From: Myxococcota bacterium | GTDB taxonomy: Bacteria > Myxococcota_A > Polyangia > Nannocystales > Nannocystaceae | NCBI GenBank assembly: GCA_039194325.1 | Contig: JBCCWC010000006.1 | Coordinates: forward strand, 1-64,000 | DNA length: 64,000 nt | Direction: 5' to 3' | In this document: piece by piece, positions 1-7,519 of the stretch | How the letters are laid out: each line of letters starts with the position of its first letter | How positions within the stretch are numbered: the first letter of the stretch is position 1 | The notes under the pieces: generated by a model | Told to the model about the DNA's origin: nothing | Databases searched by the model: none | Seen by the model: only the letters and a program-made list of their open reading frames with translations | Position numbers and translations under genes: made by a program

Positions 1-1156
1 CCAGCTCCCAGCCGACGAACCACAGATCGGGGTGTACCTGCGAGCGGCAGCGCTTGTCGGTGAGCGGCATGGGCTCGCACCACTGCAGCAGCGGTCCGAG
101 CAGCTGGTCGGTGTTCGCGAGAAACTCCCCCAAACCGTGGCGAAAGCCGGTCGCCAAGATCACGGCGTCTGCGGCGAGCTGTGCCCCGCTGTCGAGGGTT
201 ATGCCGTCGGTGGTGAATGCGGCGACGTGGCCGCTGCGTACTGCAATGGCCCCGCCGCGAATGGCCTTGATCGCGCCCACGTCGATGACACCGATGCGAC
301 CGCTCCTTACGCTCTCCTCGCCAGGACCCAGCGCCGGCTTGGGGATCCCGTGCGCGCTCAGATCTTGGCAAAACCTCCCCATCATCTTGTCGAACGAGCG
401 AAGCTTGCTCCAGTACTTCTTGCTATCGAAGGTGATGGGGTGAAGCTTGCGCACCTGCCGAGGCCCAAGGATCCCCAGCGGCCTGGCGATCTTGCCGATA
501 TACTTGAAGGCGCCAATCGCCATGAAGTGGCGCGCCCCCTTGGCCACCATGGTGACCGAGTCCGCGCCCCCCTGCACCAGATCCAGGGCGATCTCCGCGG
601 CCGAGTTTCCGCTGCCCACCACCACGACCGTCTTGCCCGCAAAGGGACCGGAATTGCGATAGTCGCGACTGTGGAGCACGGAGCCGCGGAAGGCCTCGGA
701 ATCGGCGATCTCGGGTCTCCACGGCACGCGGCAAGCACTCGTCGCCACCACCGCGTGACGGGCGAGACACTCGCCCCGGGAGGTCACGACACGCCACGGG
801 TGACTCGCGCTGCCGTCACGGCTTAGCTGCGTTACGGGCGTGTGCGTATGGACCAGCGGCATCAGCTGGTGGTGAGCAGCATAAGCGCCGAGGTAGCGCA
901 CCACCTCGTGCCCTGCTTTGTACATGGAGTAGGTGCTCCCCAAGCCCCCGTCGGCGGGAAGATCATGCCAAGGGGAGTGGAGGTGGATGCGGTCGTAGTT
1001 GCCCATCCAAAAGCTGCCGGGCCCCGCCCCGGCTTCGCAAACGGCGAGGCTCTCCACACCGTAGGTCTTCAGAGCCGCGGCCGCAGACAGACCGCAGAAT
1101 CCAGCGCCGACGATCACGACGTCGAGCGTGGGGGGAAGGGAGTGTGCGACGTTCAT
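1..1156 (-). CDS. Flavin-containing monooxygenase (class B FMO/YUCCA-like), 3' end outside window
   Basis: Not in the ORF track because no stop falls in the window. Manual translation from ATG 1156: MNVAHSLPPTLDVVIVGAGFCGLSAA (FAD GxGxxG), FRGSVLHSRDY (FMO FxGxxxHxxxY), VVVGSGNSAAEIA (NADPH GxGxS), ILATGF. Confidence 0.9.
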   Translation of the reverse strand, partial: MNVAHSLPPTLDVVIVGAGFCGLSAAAALKTYGVESLAVCEAGAGPGSFWMGNYDRIHLHSPWHDLPADGGLGSTYSMYKAGHEVVRYLGAYAAHHQLMPLVHTHTPVTQLSRDGSASHPWRVVTSRGECLARHAVVATSACRVPWRPEIADSEAFRGSVLHSRDYRNSGPFAGKTVVVVGSGNSAAEIALDLVQGGADSVTMVAKGARHFMAIGAFKYIGKIARPLGILGPRQVRKLHPITFDSKKYWSKLRSFDKMMGRFCQDLSAHGIPKPALGPGEESVRSGRIGVIDVGAIKAIRGGAIAVRSGHVAAFTTDGITLDSGAQLAADAVILATGFRHGLGEFLANTDQLLGPLLQWCEPMPLTDKRCRSQVHPDLWFVGWEL

Positions 1157-1216
1157 CTTTGTTACGGTCGGCACAGCACCGCCCGCGGTCTGTGCCCGAC
1201 TCAAGCTAAGCATAGT

Positions 1217-1247
1217 ATATTTGATATTGAATTTCAATATCAAATAT
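1217..1247. promoter_or_regulatory. Perfect AT-rich palindrome, probable repressor operator of the FMO gene
   Basis: ATATTTGATATTGAA-T-TTCAATATCAAATAT, with 15-bp arms, 60 bp upstream of the FMO start in an otherwise GC-rich context. Confidence 0.7.
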
Positions 1248-1375
1248 TCATTCGCAGTCGCCGTGCGTGTCCGAGAGCCCACCGCGTAGGACGTCCGCGG
1301 TGAGCGACCCGATGGCCTGGCATTCCGCGCGCGATGGCCGCGCGATGGCCGCGCTACGGGCCGCGCTACGGGCGG

Positions 1376-1657
1376 CTAAGGCTTGGGCCGCTGGAGCACG
1401 CGCTCCCGGGTCACTCAGAACACCCACTGGTCATCGACGACGATCGAGCGCGCTCGGTTTTGCTGCTCGGCCAGCAAGATCGGCTCCCCACCAGCGAGCG
1501 GGATGGCCCAGACCTCGTCGTGATCGGTCCAGTACGCATACTGCTCGTCGACCGCCAAGCCCCACGGCGCCGTCTGGTCACCGGCCAGGATCTCCACCGC
1601 CCCGCCCGCGCTGGAAATCGACAGCACGCTGCGCGGCTGACTGTCGCTGTCCCCCAT
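1376..1657 (-). pseudogene. Remnant of a myxobacterial beta-propeller repeat protein with an in-frame TGA
   Basis: PWGLAVDEQYAYWTD...ARSIVVDDQWVF*VTRERVLQRPKP*. The TGA sits where the previous repeat has W (TGG). No N-terminus or signal peptide. Confidence 0.6.
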
Positions 1658-1799
1658 GCCATCGACCCACACCAAGGGATCCACACCACTGGTAGTGACC
1701 CGCCGAAGTCGATCGATCAACCGCAGGTCCAATAATCAACCCAGCCTCGTGATCGGGACCACGAACGCTCCACCGACCAATTCCCGCTCCGTCCCCACG

Positions 1800-2468
1800 C
1801 TAGGGCCGCAGGCCATCGACGAGCACCCCCAAGATGTCGTCGACCAGCCGCTCGAGCTCCGCGCCGGTCAGGCGTTCCCCAAGCGAACGATCGCGCCCGA
1901 GCTCGAAGACATCGACCCCCAAGTGACCCAGTACGATGTCACGCAGGCCGCTGCCGAGCACCGAGGCGATGATGCGAGCGACCAACGCCGGGTCGACATC
2001 ACCGCGCAGCTGGCCCGCCTCGACCAAGCCCGTCAGCATCTGTGTGAACCGCTCGTGACCCATCGCCGTAGCCTCGGCGTAGAGCGCCCGGAGCTCGGGA
2101 TCATCGGTGGGAGTCGATATGGCGCTGCCCAGCTGACTCAAGCGCGGGTCGGCGAGAAAGAAGCGGACCCCCGAGAGCACCGCGGCACGCAAGAACCCCG
2201 CGAGCGACGTCACCGGCGGCGACTTTTCGGACTGTCGCCGCATATACTCCGCCTTGCGGCGCGGGACCTCCTCGGTCAACAGCCAGCGATAAAGGTCGAG
2301 CTTGTCCTCGAAGTACTGATACACGCTGCCCTTGGCGATGCCCGCCCGCGCGACCAATCGTGACAGCGACGCGCGGTGGTAAGGACGCGCCGCGAACTCG
2401 TCGAGGGCAAACTCCGTGATCCGCGCGCGCTTGTCGTCGGGCAGGTTGAAGAACGTCGGCTTGGGCAC
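1800..2468 (-). CDS. TetR/AcrR family transcriptional regulator
   Basis: PKPTFFNLP...SLSRLVARAGIAKGSVYQYFEDK HTH. GTG start at 2468 follows an AGGAGGA RBS. Confidence 0.93.
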   Translation of the reverse strand: MPKPTFFNLPDDKRARITEFALDEFAARPYHRASLSRLVARAGIAKGSVYQYFEDKLDLYRWLLTEEVPRRKAEYMRRQSEKSPPVTSLAGFLRAAVLSGVRFFLADPRLSQLGSAISTPTDDPELRALYAEATAMGHERFTQMLTGLVEAGQLRGDVDPALVARIIASVLGSGLRDIVLGHLGVDVFELGRDRSLGERLTGAELERLVDDILGVLVDGLRP

Positions 2469-2485
2469 CGATCCTCCTTGACGAG

Positions 2486-2533
2486 GTGACCATACGGTCA
2501 TATGACTATAGAGTCATGTGACTGACTGGTCAC
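2486..2533. promoter_or_regulatory. Three contiguous 16-bp palindromic operators (RTGAC-N6-GTCAY)
   Basis: GTGACCATACGGTCAT / ATGACTATAGAGTCAT / GTGACTGACTGGTCAC, between the divergent tetR and coq4-like genes. Confidence 0.8.
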
Positions 2534-2556
2534 TTGGAGCATCCGAAGGAGCCATC

Positions 2557-3207
2557 ATGAAGAAAATTGAGGCATTTCGGGCATTTCGCGCGGCGATCAA
2601 AGACCCGAACCGACTCGGCGACGCCGCGATCTACAAGAGCGAGATCGGCGGAGCCCGAGCCCGCCCGGAGATCGAAGCGCAGATCGCGAACCTGGAGACC
2701 ACCTTCCCCGATGTCGAGGTCGAGCCGCTGCTCGAGCTGCCGCGGGGGACTGTTGGCCGAGAGTACGCGGAGCTTCTACGCGCCAATGGGCTCGACCCGT
2801 TTCGGATCAGCGAGCAGCTGCCCCGCGACGTGCTCCGGCGCAACATCTTCATTGCCCGCTACGCGCTGCTGCACGACGTCTACCACGTGCTGACCGGCTT
2901 CGACACATCATGGGCCGGGGAAGCCGGAGTCTGGGGGTTCGTGGCGGGGCAGCGCTACCTGTGGACGTACTGGATCAACGTGATCATGACCTGCGTCATC
3001 TATCCGCTGCTCGCTCCCTGGCAGACGCTGCGGATCTGGCGGAATGCGATCCGAGGGGTTCGCATGGGGCGACGCGCCGCCACCCTCATCGCAATGCCCA
3101 TCGAGACGATGTGGGCACGACCGGTGACGGAGCTGCGCGTCACCCATCGGATCGAGGCGAGCGACGATCTGGCGATCCCCAAGGTGGCTCCGTTGTCGGC
3201 GGCTTGA
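2557..3207 (+). CDS. Coq4-family protein
   Basis: LLELPRGTVGREY and the HDVYHVLTGFDTSWAGE metal motif (HDxxH...E). ATG 2557 follows AAGGAG. Confidence 0.85.
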   Translation: MKKIEAFRAFRAAIKDPNRLGDAAIYKSEIGGARARPEIEAQIANLETTFPDVEVEPLLELPRGTVGREYAELLRANGLDPFRISEQLPRDVLRRNIFIARYALLHDVYHVLTGFDTSWAGEAGVWGFVAGQRYLWTYWINVIMTCVIYPLLAPWQTLRIWRNAIRGVRMGRRAATLIAMPIETMWARPVTELRVTHRIEASDDLAIPKVAPLSAA

Positions 3208-3209
3208 AA
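3083..3209 (+). repeat. 127-bp direct repeat, copy 1 (3' end of the coq4-like gene)
   Basis: Aligns ungapped to 5053-5179 with 9 mismatches by manual count. Confidence 0.95.
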
Positions 3210-3249
3210 CGAACGACGGCTGTCCCCACTAGCACTGCGCGTGTGGTGC

Positions 3250-4170
3250 TTACTGTGTTCCCGAGGGTTGCAGGTCTGCCTGCTCCCGCGCGTAGTGCGT
3301 TGGCGGAAGCCCAACGTGGCGGGTGAACGCAACGCTGAAGGTGCTCGCGGAGCTGTAGCCGACTTGCTGCGCGACCTCGGCGACCGTGACCTTCCTACGT
3401 CGCAGTAGGTCCTTCGCCAGGGCCATGCGCCAGCCGAGCAGGTACTCCATCGGAGTGACGCCCACCACGCGATTGAAGCGTTCGAAGAACGCCGAGCGGG
3501 ATAGCGCGGCCTCTTTTGCCAACTGCGCGACAGTCCACGCCTCGGTCGGGCTCTCGTGCATCCGTCGTATCGCGACGGCAAGGCGGTCGTCGGCGAGCCC
3601 GCGCAAGAAGCCCGGCGACGCGGCGGCGCCCGCCGTGGAGCGGAGGGCTTCGATGAGAATAACCTCGAGGAGGCGGGCGAGGATGACCTCGCCCGCGGGC
3701 CTCCGTTCGCGGGACTCCTCTTTGACGAGTTCCACGAGGGTGGAGAGCCTCCGCTCGCCGCGAACGTGCACGAGCTGCGGAAGGAGCGAGACGAGCAAGC
3801 TCGCGTCCGGGGAAGCGAAGACGCAGTATCCCACCAGCATTCGAACATCAGGCGGTCGACTTGGATCGCCGTGTCTGACTTCGCCATCGGGCAAAACGAC
3901 GTGCCGGGGGTCGCATTTTCTCCGTGGCGGTTCGAGGCTCGACACCGTGAAATCGAACGCCGACGGGATCAACACGAAGTCCTGCTTCTCGAGGATCATC
4001 GGCTCTCGTCCGTCGACCGCGAGGCGGCTCGCGCCATCGAGAACGACGCAGTAAAAGGGTCGGCCAGCTTCCGCGCGCCGAACGCTCCACCGGCCGGCAC
4101 CACTCACTAGCTTCGAGGACGAGGCGCCCGGCTGGAGTAGCGTGACTATTTCTGCGAGCGGATCGACCAT
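3250..4170 (-). CDS. AraC family regulator with cupin-type N-terminal domain
   Basis: MVDPLAEIVTLL...; C-terminal WTVAQLAKEAALSRSAFFERF...VGYSSASTFSVAF double HTH. Confidence 0.93.
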   Translation of the reverse strand: MVDPLAEIVTLLQPGASSSKLVSGAGRWSVRRAEAGRPFYCVVLDGASRLAVDGREPMILEKQDFVLIPSAFDFTVSSLEPPRRKCDPRHVVLPDGEVRHGDPSRPPDVRMLVGYCVFASPDASLLVSLLPQLVHVRGERRLSTLVELVKEESRERRPAGEVILARLLEVILIEALRSTAGAAASPGFLRGLADDRLAVAIRRMHESPTEAWTVAQLAKEAALSRSAFFERFNRVVGVTPMEYLLGWRMALAKDLLRRRKVTVAEVAQQVGYSSASTFSVAFTRHVGLPPTHYAREQADLQPSGTQ

Positions 4171-4173
4171 GCC

Positions 4174-4200
4174 TGGACTCTCACAAACGAAATATGGACT
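4174..4200. promoter_or_regulatory. Possible AraC binding direct repeat
   Basis: TGGACT at 4174 and 4195, a 21-bp period typical of AraC half-sites, between the divergent araC and SDR genes. Confidence 0.4.
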
Positions 4201-4271
4201 TCCTATTGTAGCACGTCCAACCTCCGCCTCCTATCGTTCGGAGACCGAAACCACTACCGACAGGAGACGCT

Positions 4272-5030
4272 ATGCAAACGATCTTGATCACCGGATGCTC
4301 GTCCGGATTCGGCCTCGAAACTGCCCGCTATTTCCTCGAGCACGGCTGGAAGGTCATCGCGACAATGCGCAATTTGCGCAACGATGTCTTGCCCCAGTGC
4401 GAGCATCTGCGTGTGCTCGCACTCGACGTCACTGACCCGCAGAGCATCCGCAAGGCGGTGGAGGCTGCCGGACCGGTCGACGTGCTGGTCAACAACGCGG
4501 GTGTCGGCCTGCTGAGCGTGTTCGAGGGCACGTCGCTCGACACGGTCCGCTCCACCTTTGAAACGAACACGTTCGGTGCGATGGCCGTGACCCAAGCATT
4601 CCTGCCTCAGTTTCGGCAACGGAAGGCAGGTGTCGTCGTGAATATCTCGTCCAGTACGACGCTGAAGTCACTCCCGATGCTTGCCGTGTACACCGCGAGC
4701 AAAGCGGCGATCAACGCATTCACCGAGTCGCTCGCGCTGGAGCTCCAGCCCTTCGATGTGCGGGTGAGCCTGGTGATCCCGGGGCAGTCCCCGGAGACGC
4801 TCTTTGCTCAAAACGCACACGCTCAGATGCAAACGCAAGGCGTCGCCATCCCCGAAGCGTACTCCGACTTCGCGCGGAGCGCCTTCGAGAGAATCACGGA
4901 GCAGAACTCGGGGGCGTTCACCCGGTCGCTCGACGTGGCCGAGGCGATCTGGCGGGTGGTGAACGACCCATCGGGCCCGGTCCGCCAGCCCGCCGGTGCG
5001 GACGCGGTGGAGCTGGCGGCCTCCCTTTAG
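4272..5030 (+). CDS. Short-chain dehydrogenase/reductase
   Basis: TGCSSGFG, NNAG, YTASK. Confidence 0.93.
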   Translation: MQTILITGCSSGFGLETARYFLEHGWKVIATMRNLRNDVLPQCEHLRVLALDVTDPQSIRKAVEAAGPVDVLVNNAGVGLLSVFEGTSLDTVRSTFETNTFGAMAVTQAFLPQFRQRKAGVVVNISSSTTLKSLPMLAVYTASKAAINAFTESLALELQPFDVRVSLVIPGQSPETLFAQNAHAQMQTQGVAIPEAYSDFARSAFERITEQNSGAFTRSLDVAEAIWRVVNDPSGPVRQPAGADAVELAASL

Positions 5031-5052
5031 GGCGAGCCGACCTCTACCCTTG

Positions 5053-5179
5053 CCCTCATCGCGAGGCCCATCGAGACGATGTGGGCACGACCGGTGACCG
5101 AGCTGCGCGTCACCTATGGGATCGAGGCGAGCAAGGATCTGGTGATCCCCAAGGTGGCTCCGTTGTCCGCGGCTTGAAA
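5053..5179 (+). repeat. 127-bp direct repeat, copy 2 (orphan copy of the coq4-like 3' end)
   Basis: Encodes LIARPIETMWARPVTELRVTYGIEASKDLVIPKVAPLSAA*, matching the Coq4-like C-terminus. Confidence 0.95.
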
Positions 5180-5202
5180 GCGACCATCGCCATGGGTGAT
5201 GC

Positions 5203-7020
5203 TCACCCGCCAAAGGGCGGTGCGCCCGGGATCGTCACGTCGACCGCGTACACCCCGGTGAAATCGGTGATGTAGAGCGTGGTTCGCTCTGGACCCCCAA
5301 AGGCACAGTTGGACGCCGGTGTCTCCGGTAGCACGAGCAGGCCCCAGGGGGTGCCGTCGGGCTCCATGATGTGCAGACCCTGGTTGGTGGTCACGTAGAT
5401 ATTGCCCTCCATGTCCAGGCACATGCCGTCGGGCTGGGGGGTCAGATCGGTGAGCACCGAGCCCGGCCCGACGCTGCCGTCCGGGTTGATCGGATACGAG
5501 TGTACGAGGCCGGTGCCCCAGTCGCTCACGTAGAGCATGTCCCCTTGGGGTGAGATCCCCATGCCCGTCGGATCGGCGAAGATGTCGTCGATCAAGTGCA
5601 GCACCCCCTCGGGATCGATCCGATAGAGCCCCTGAAAACCCAGCGGCATGTTCTGCACGTTGCCCAGGTGGGCAAACGCTCCGACCGTGGCATCGGCGAA
5701 GTATAGCGAGCCGTCCGGACCGACGACCACGTCGTTGGGCGAGTTGAGCGTGACTCCGTTCCACTCGGTGGCCAGCGTGGTCTCGCTGCCGTCAGCCTCT
5801 ACCCGCACCACCTGCTGGGTCGCGTGCTGACACTCGATGCGGTCGCCGTTGATGTCGAAGGTCATGCCGTTGGTGAAGCGCCCGCTGACATCTCGCACCA
5901 GCGAGGTGCCCACCCCCGGCTCATACCGCCAGATCTGGTCGCCGGCCAGATCGGTAAACAACAACGCCCCCTCCGACGCCAGCCACAGCGGCCCCTCGGT
6001 GAACTGGAATCCGGTCGCGACCGGCTGCACCGCGCCCATGCCGTCGAGCGGGTTGACCCCTTCGTGGGAAGGAGGCGGCGAAGGCGGAGGCGGCGGCCAC
6101 ATCGATTCCACGGTGGTGTCTACGTAGATGTCTTCGCCCGCCTCGACGGGGAAATCCGGGGCTCCCTCCTCGTGCCACTCTCGGTACTGCCCGTTCGAGT
6201 GCCACTGCCCAACCCGCCACGCCCCCGGCACCAACGCCAACACGGCGCTCGCGGTGGTGTCTCCCATGCTCAACGGCACGGTCACCAGGTTCATGCCCGC
6301 CAGCAATGGGATCTGCAGCTCGTCCTCGGCCGGTACTCGACCCACCTCTTCGTAGACCATCTCCTCCGCCTGCCAATCGGCGCTGACGATCGGCACCTGC
6401 CCCAGACCAAGGCCGAAGGGCGGCTCCCCGTAGCCCGCGTACCAGGTGCGGAAGTCCTGGAGGGTCTCGTCGAACAGGTGCACGGACTGCAGATAGTCCC
6501 CATGCATACTCGCGAAGGCCTGCGCATCGGTGACCCCGGTGTCTAGCGGCTGCGGGACCTTGTTGAACCCCGGGTGGAGTTGGTGCGAGAATTTGCCGAC
6601 CGTCGCCGATAGGTCATCACCGCTCGTGGTGTGAGCGACAACCTGGTAGTAGTGATGGTTGCCGTCACCCGCCACCGCATGGGCAAAGCTCGTGCTCGCC
6701 CCGGTAAAGAGCATCGTCGTGCCCGCTTCCCCGGGCTGCCAGTACGCCTCGTCGCCATGCCAGACCGTGTAGTCGACCGCGTCCCCCTGGGGCATCCAGC
6801 CGAGCTGCACCTCATCGCCGACGATCGCGATATCGACCTCGAAATTTGCAACTAGAGCCGATTGCGGTGAGTCGACGAATGCGCCAGCGCCCGCGAACTC
6901 GCTTTCGATTGCATCACCTCCGTCGAGCAGCTCGAACGAGTTGCTTCCTTCCGCGCATCCAGCGATGACCAGCAGCGAAATTGACGCTATTTCGTTTGCT
7001 CCGAAACCCCGTGATTTCAT
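5203..7020 (-). CDS. Lipoprotein with C-terminal SMP-30/gluconolactonase beta-propeller
   Basis: Lipobox-like LLVIAGC; FQFTEGPLW, LNSPNDVVV, PDGMCLDMEGNIYV, SNCAFGG. Start placed at ATG 7020 rather than 7233. Confidence 0.85.
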   Translation of the reverse strand: MKSRGFGANEIASISLLVIAGCAEGSNSFELLDGGDAIESEFAGAGAFVDSPQSALVANFEVDIAIVGDEVQLGWMPQGDAVDYTVWHGDEAYWQPGEAGTTMLFTGASTSFAHAVAGDGNHHYYQVVAHTTSGDDLSATVGKFSHQLHPGFNKVPQPLDTGVTDAQAFASMHGDYLQSVHLFDETLQDFRTWYAGYGEPPFGLGLGQVPIVSADWQAEEMVYEEVGRVPAEDELQIPLLAGMNLVTVPLSMGDTTASAVLALVPGAWRVGQWHSNGQYREWHEEGAPDFPVEAGEDIYVDTTVESMWPPPPPSPPPSHEGVNPLDGMGAVQPVATGFQFTEGPLWLASEGALLFTDLAGDQIWRYEPGVGTSLVRDVSGRFTNGMTFDINGDRIECQHATQQVVRVEADGSETTLATEWNGVTLNSPNDVVVGPDGSLYFADATVGAFAHLGNVQNMPLGFQGLYRIDPEGVLHLIDDIFADPTGMGISPQGDMLYVSDWGTGLVHSYPINPDGSVGPGSVLTDLTPQPDGMCLDMEGNIYVTTNQGLHIMEPDGTPWGLLVLPETPASNCAFGGPERTTLYITDFTGVYAVDVTIPGAPPFGG

Positions 7021-7189
7021 GGTATACCCCTTCCTAGTCGTGAGCGAACGAGTCCCTGCACATCCACGTACAGGACCCCCCTTTATCCGCCGATGACTTA
7101 ATACTGGCGGATATGAAGAGCGGCCAGTTCTTTTATGATTATTTATACAATTTAGCTTGCGCTGCTTGCGACACGTGCATCTGAGCGTG

Positions 7190-7278
7190 GCATTTTGCCA
7201 ACAGAGTATTTTGTCAACGGAGCATTTTGCCAATGTTGCATTACCAGCGTAGCATTTTGCCAGCGTAGCATTTCGCCA
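7190..7278. repeat. Degenerate 16-bp tandem repeat, 6 units with core GCATTTTGCCA, in a divergent promoter region
   Basis: Units start at 7190, 7206, 7222, 7238, 7252 and 7268. Confidence 0.8.
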
Positions 7279-7519
7279 CGGAGTTTGAGGATGAAGTCAC
7301 CACCCGTTGACCCCTCCGATCTGCCGCTTTCCGCCGATCTCGACCCCCGACGCGGTCATCGCTCCGTCGGTCAGCAGACCCGTCGAGACGACCTGAGGTG
7401 GCAGATCACCCACGCGACTACGTACGGCATACCGTGATCAAGCTCACCGCCCAAGGCTCGGAGAAACGAGCGCGGGAGGGGAATTCTTCGGACGCTTGCG
7501 CTCACTATCACCACTAGCA

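Noticed and set aside
32..826. 264-aa + strand ORF
   Set aside because: Antisense shadow of the minus-strand FMO, which carries all family motifs.
7190..7278. Possible mini-CRISPR array or sigma-54 promoter
   Set aside because: The period is only 16 bp with linkers of about 5 bp, and the GG-N10-GC spacing is not met.
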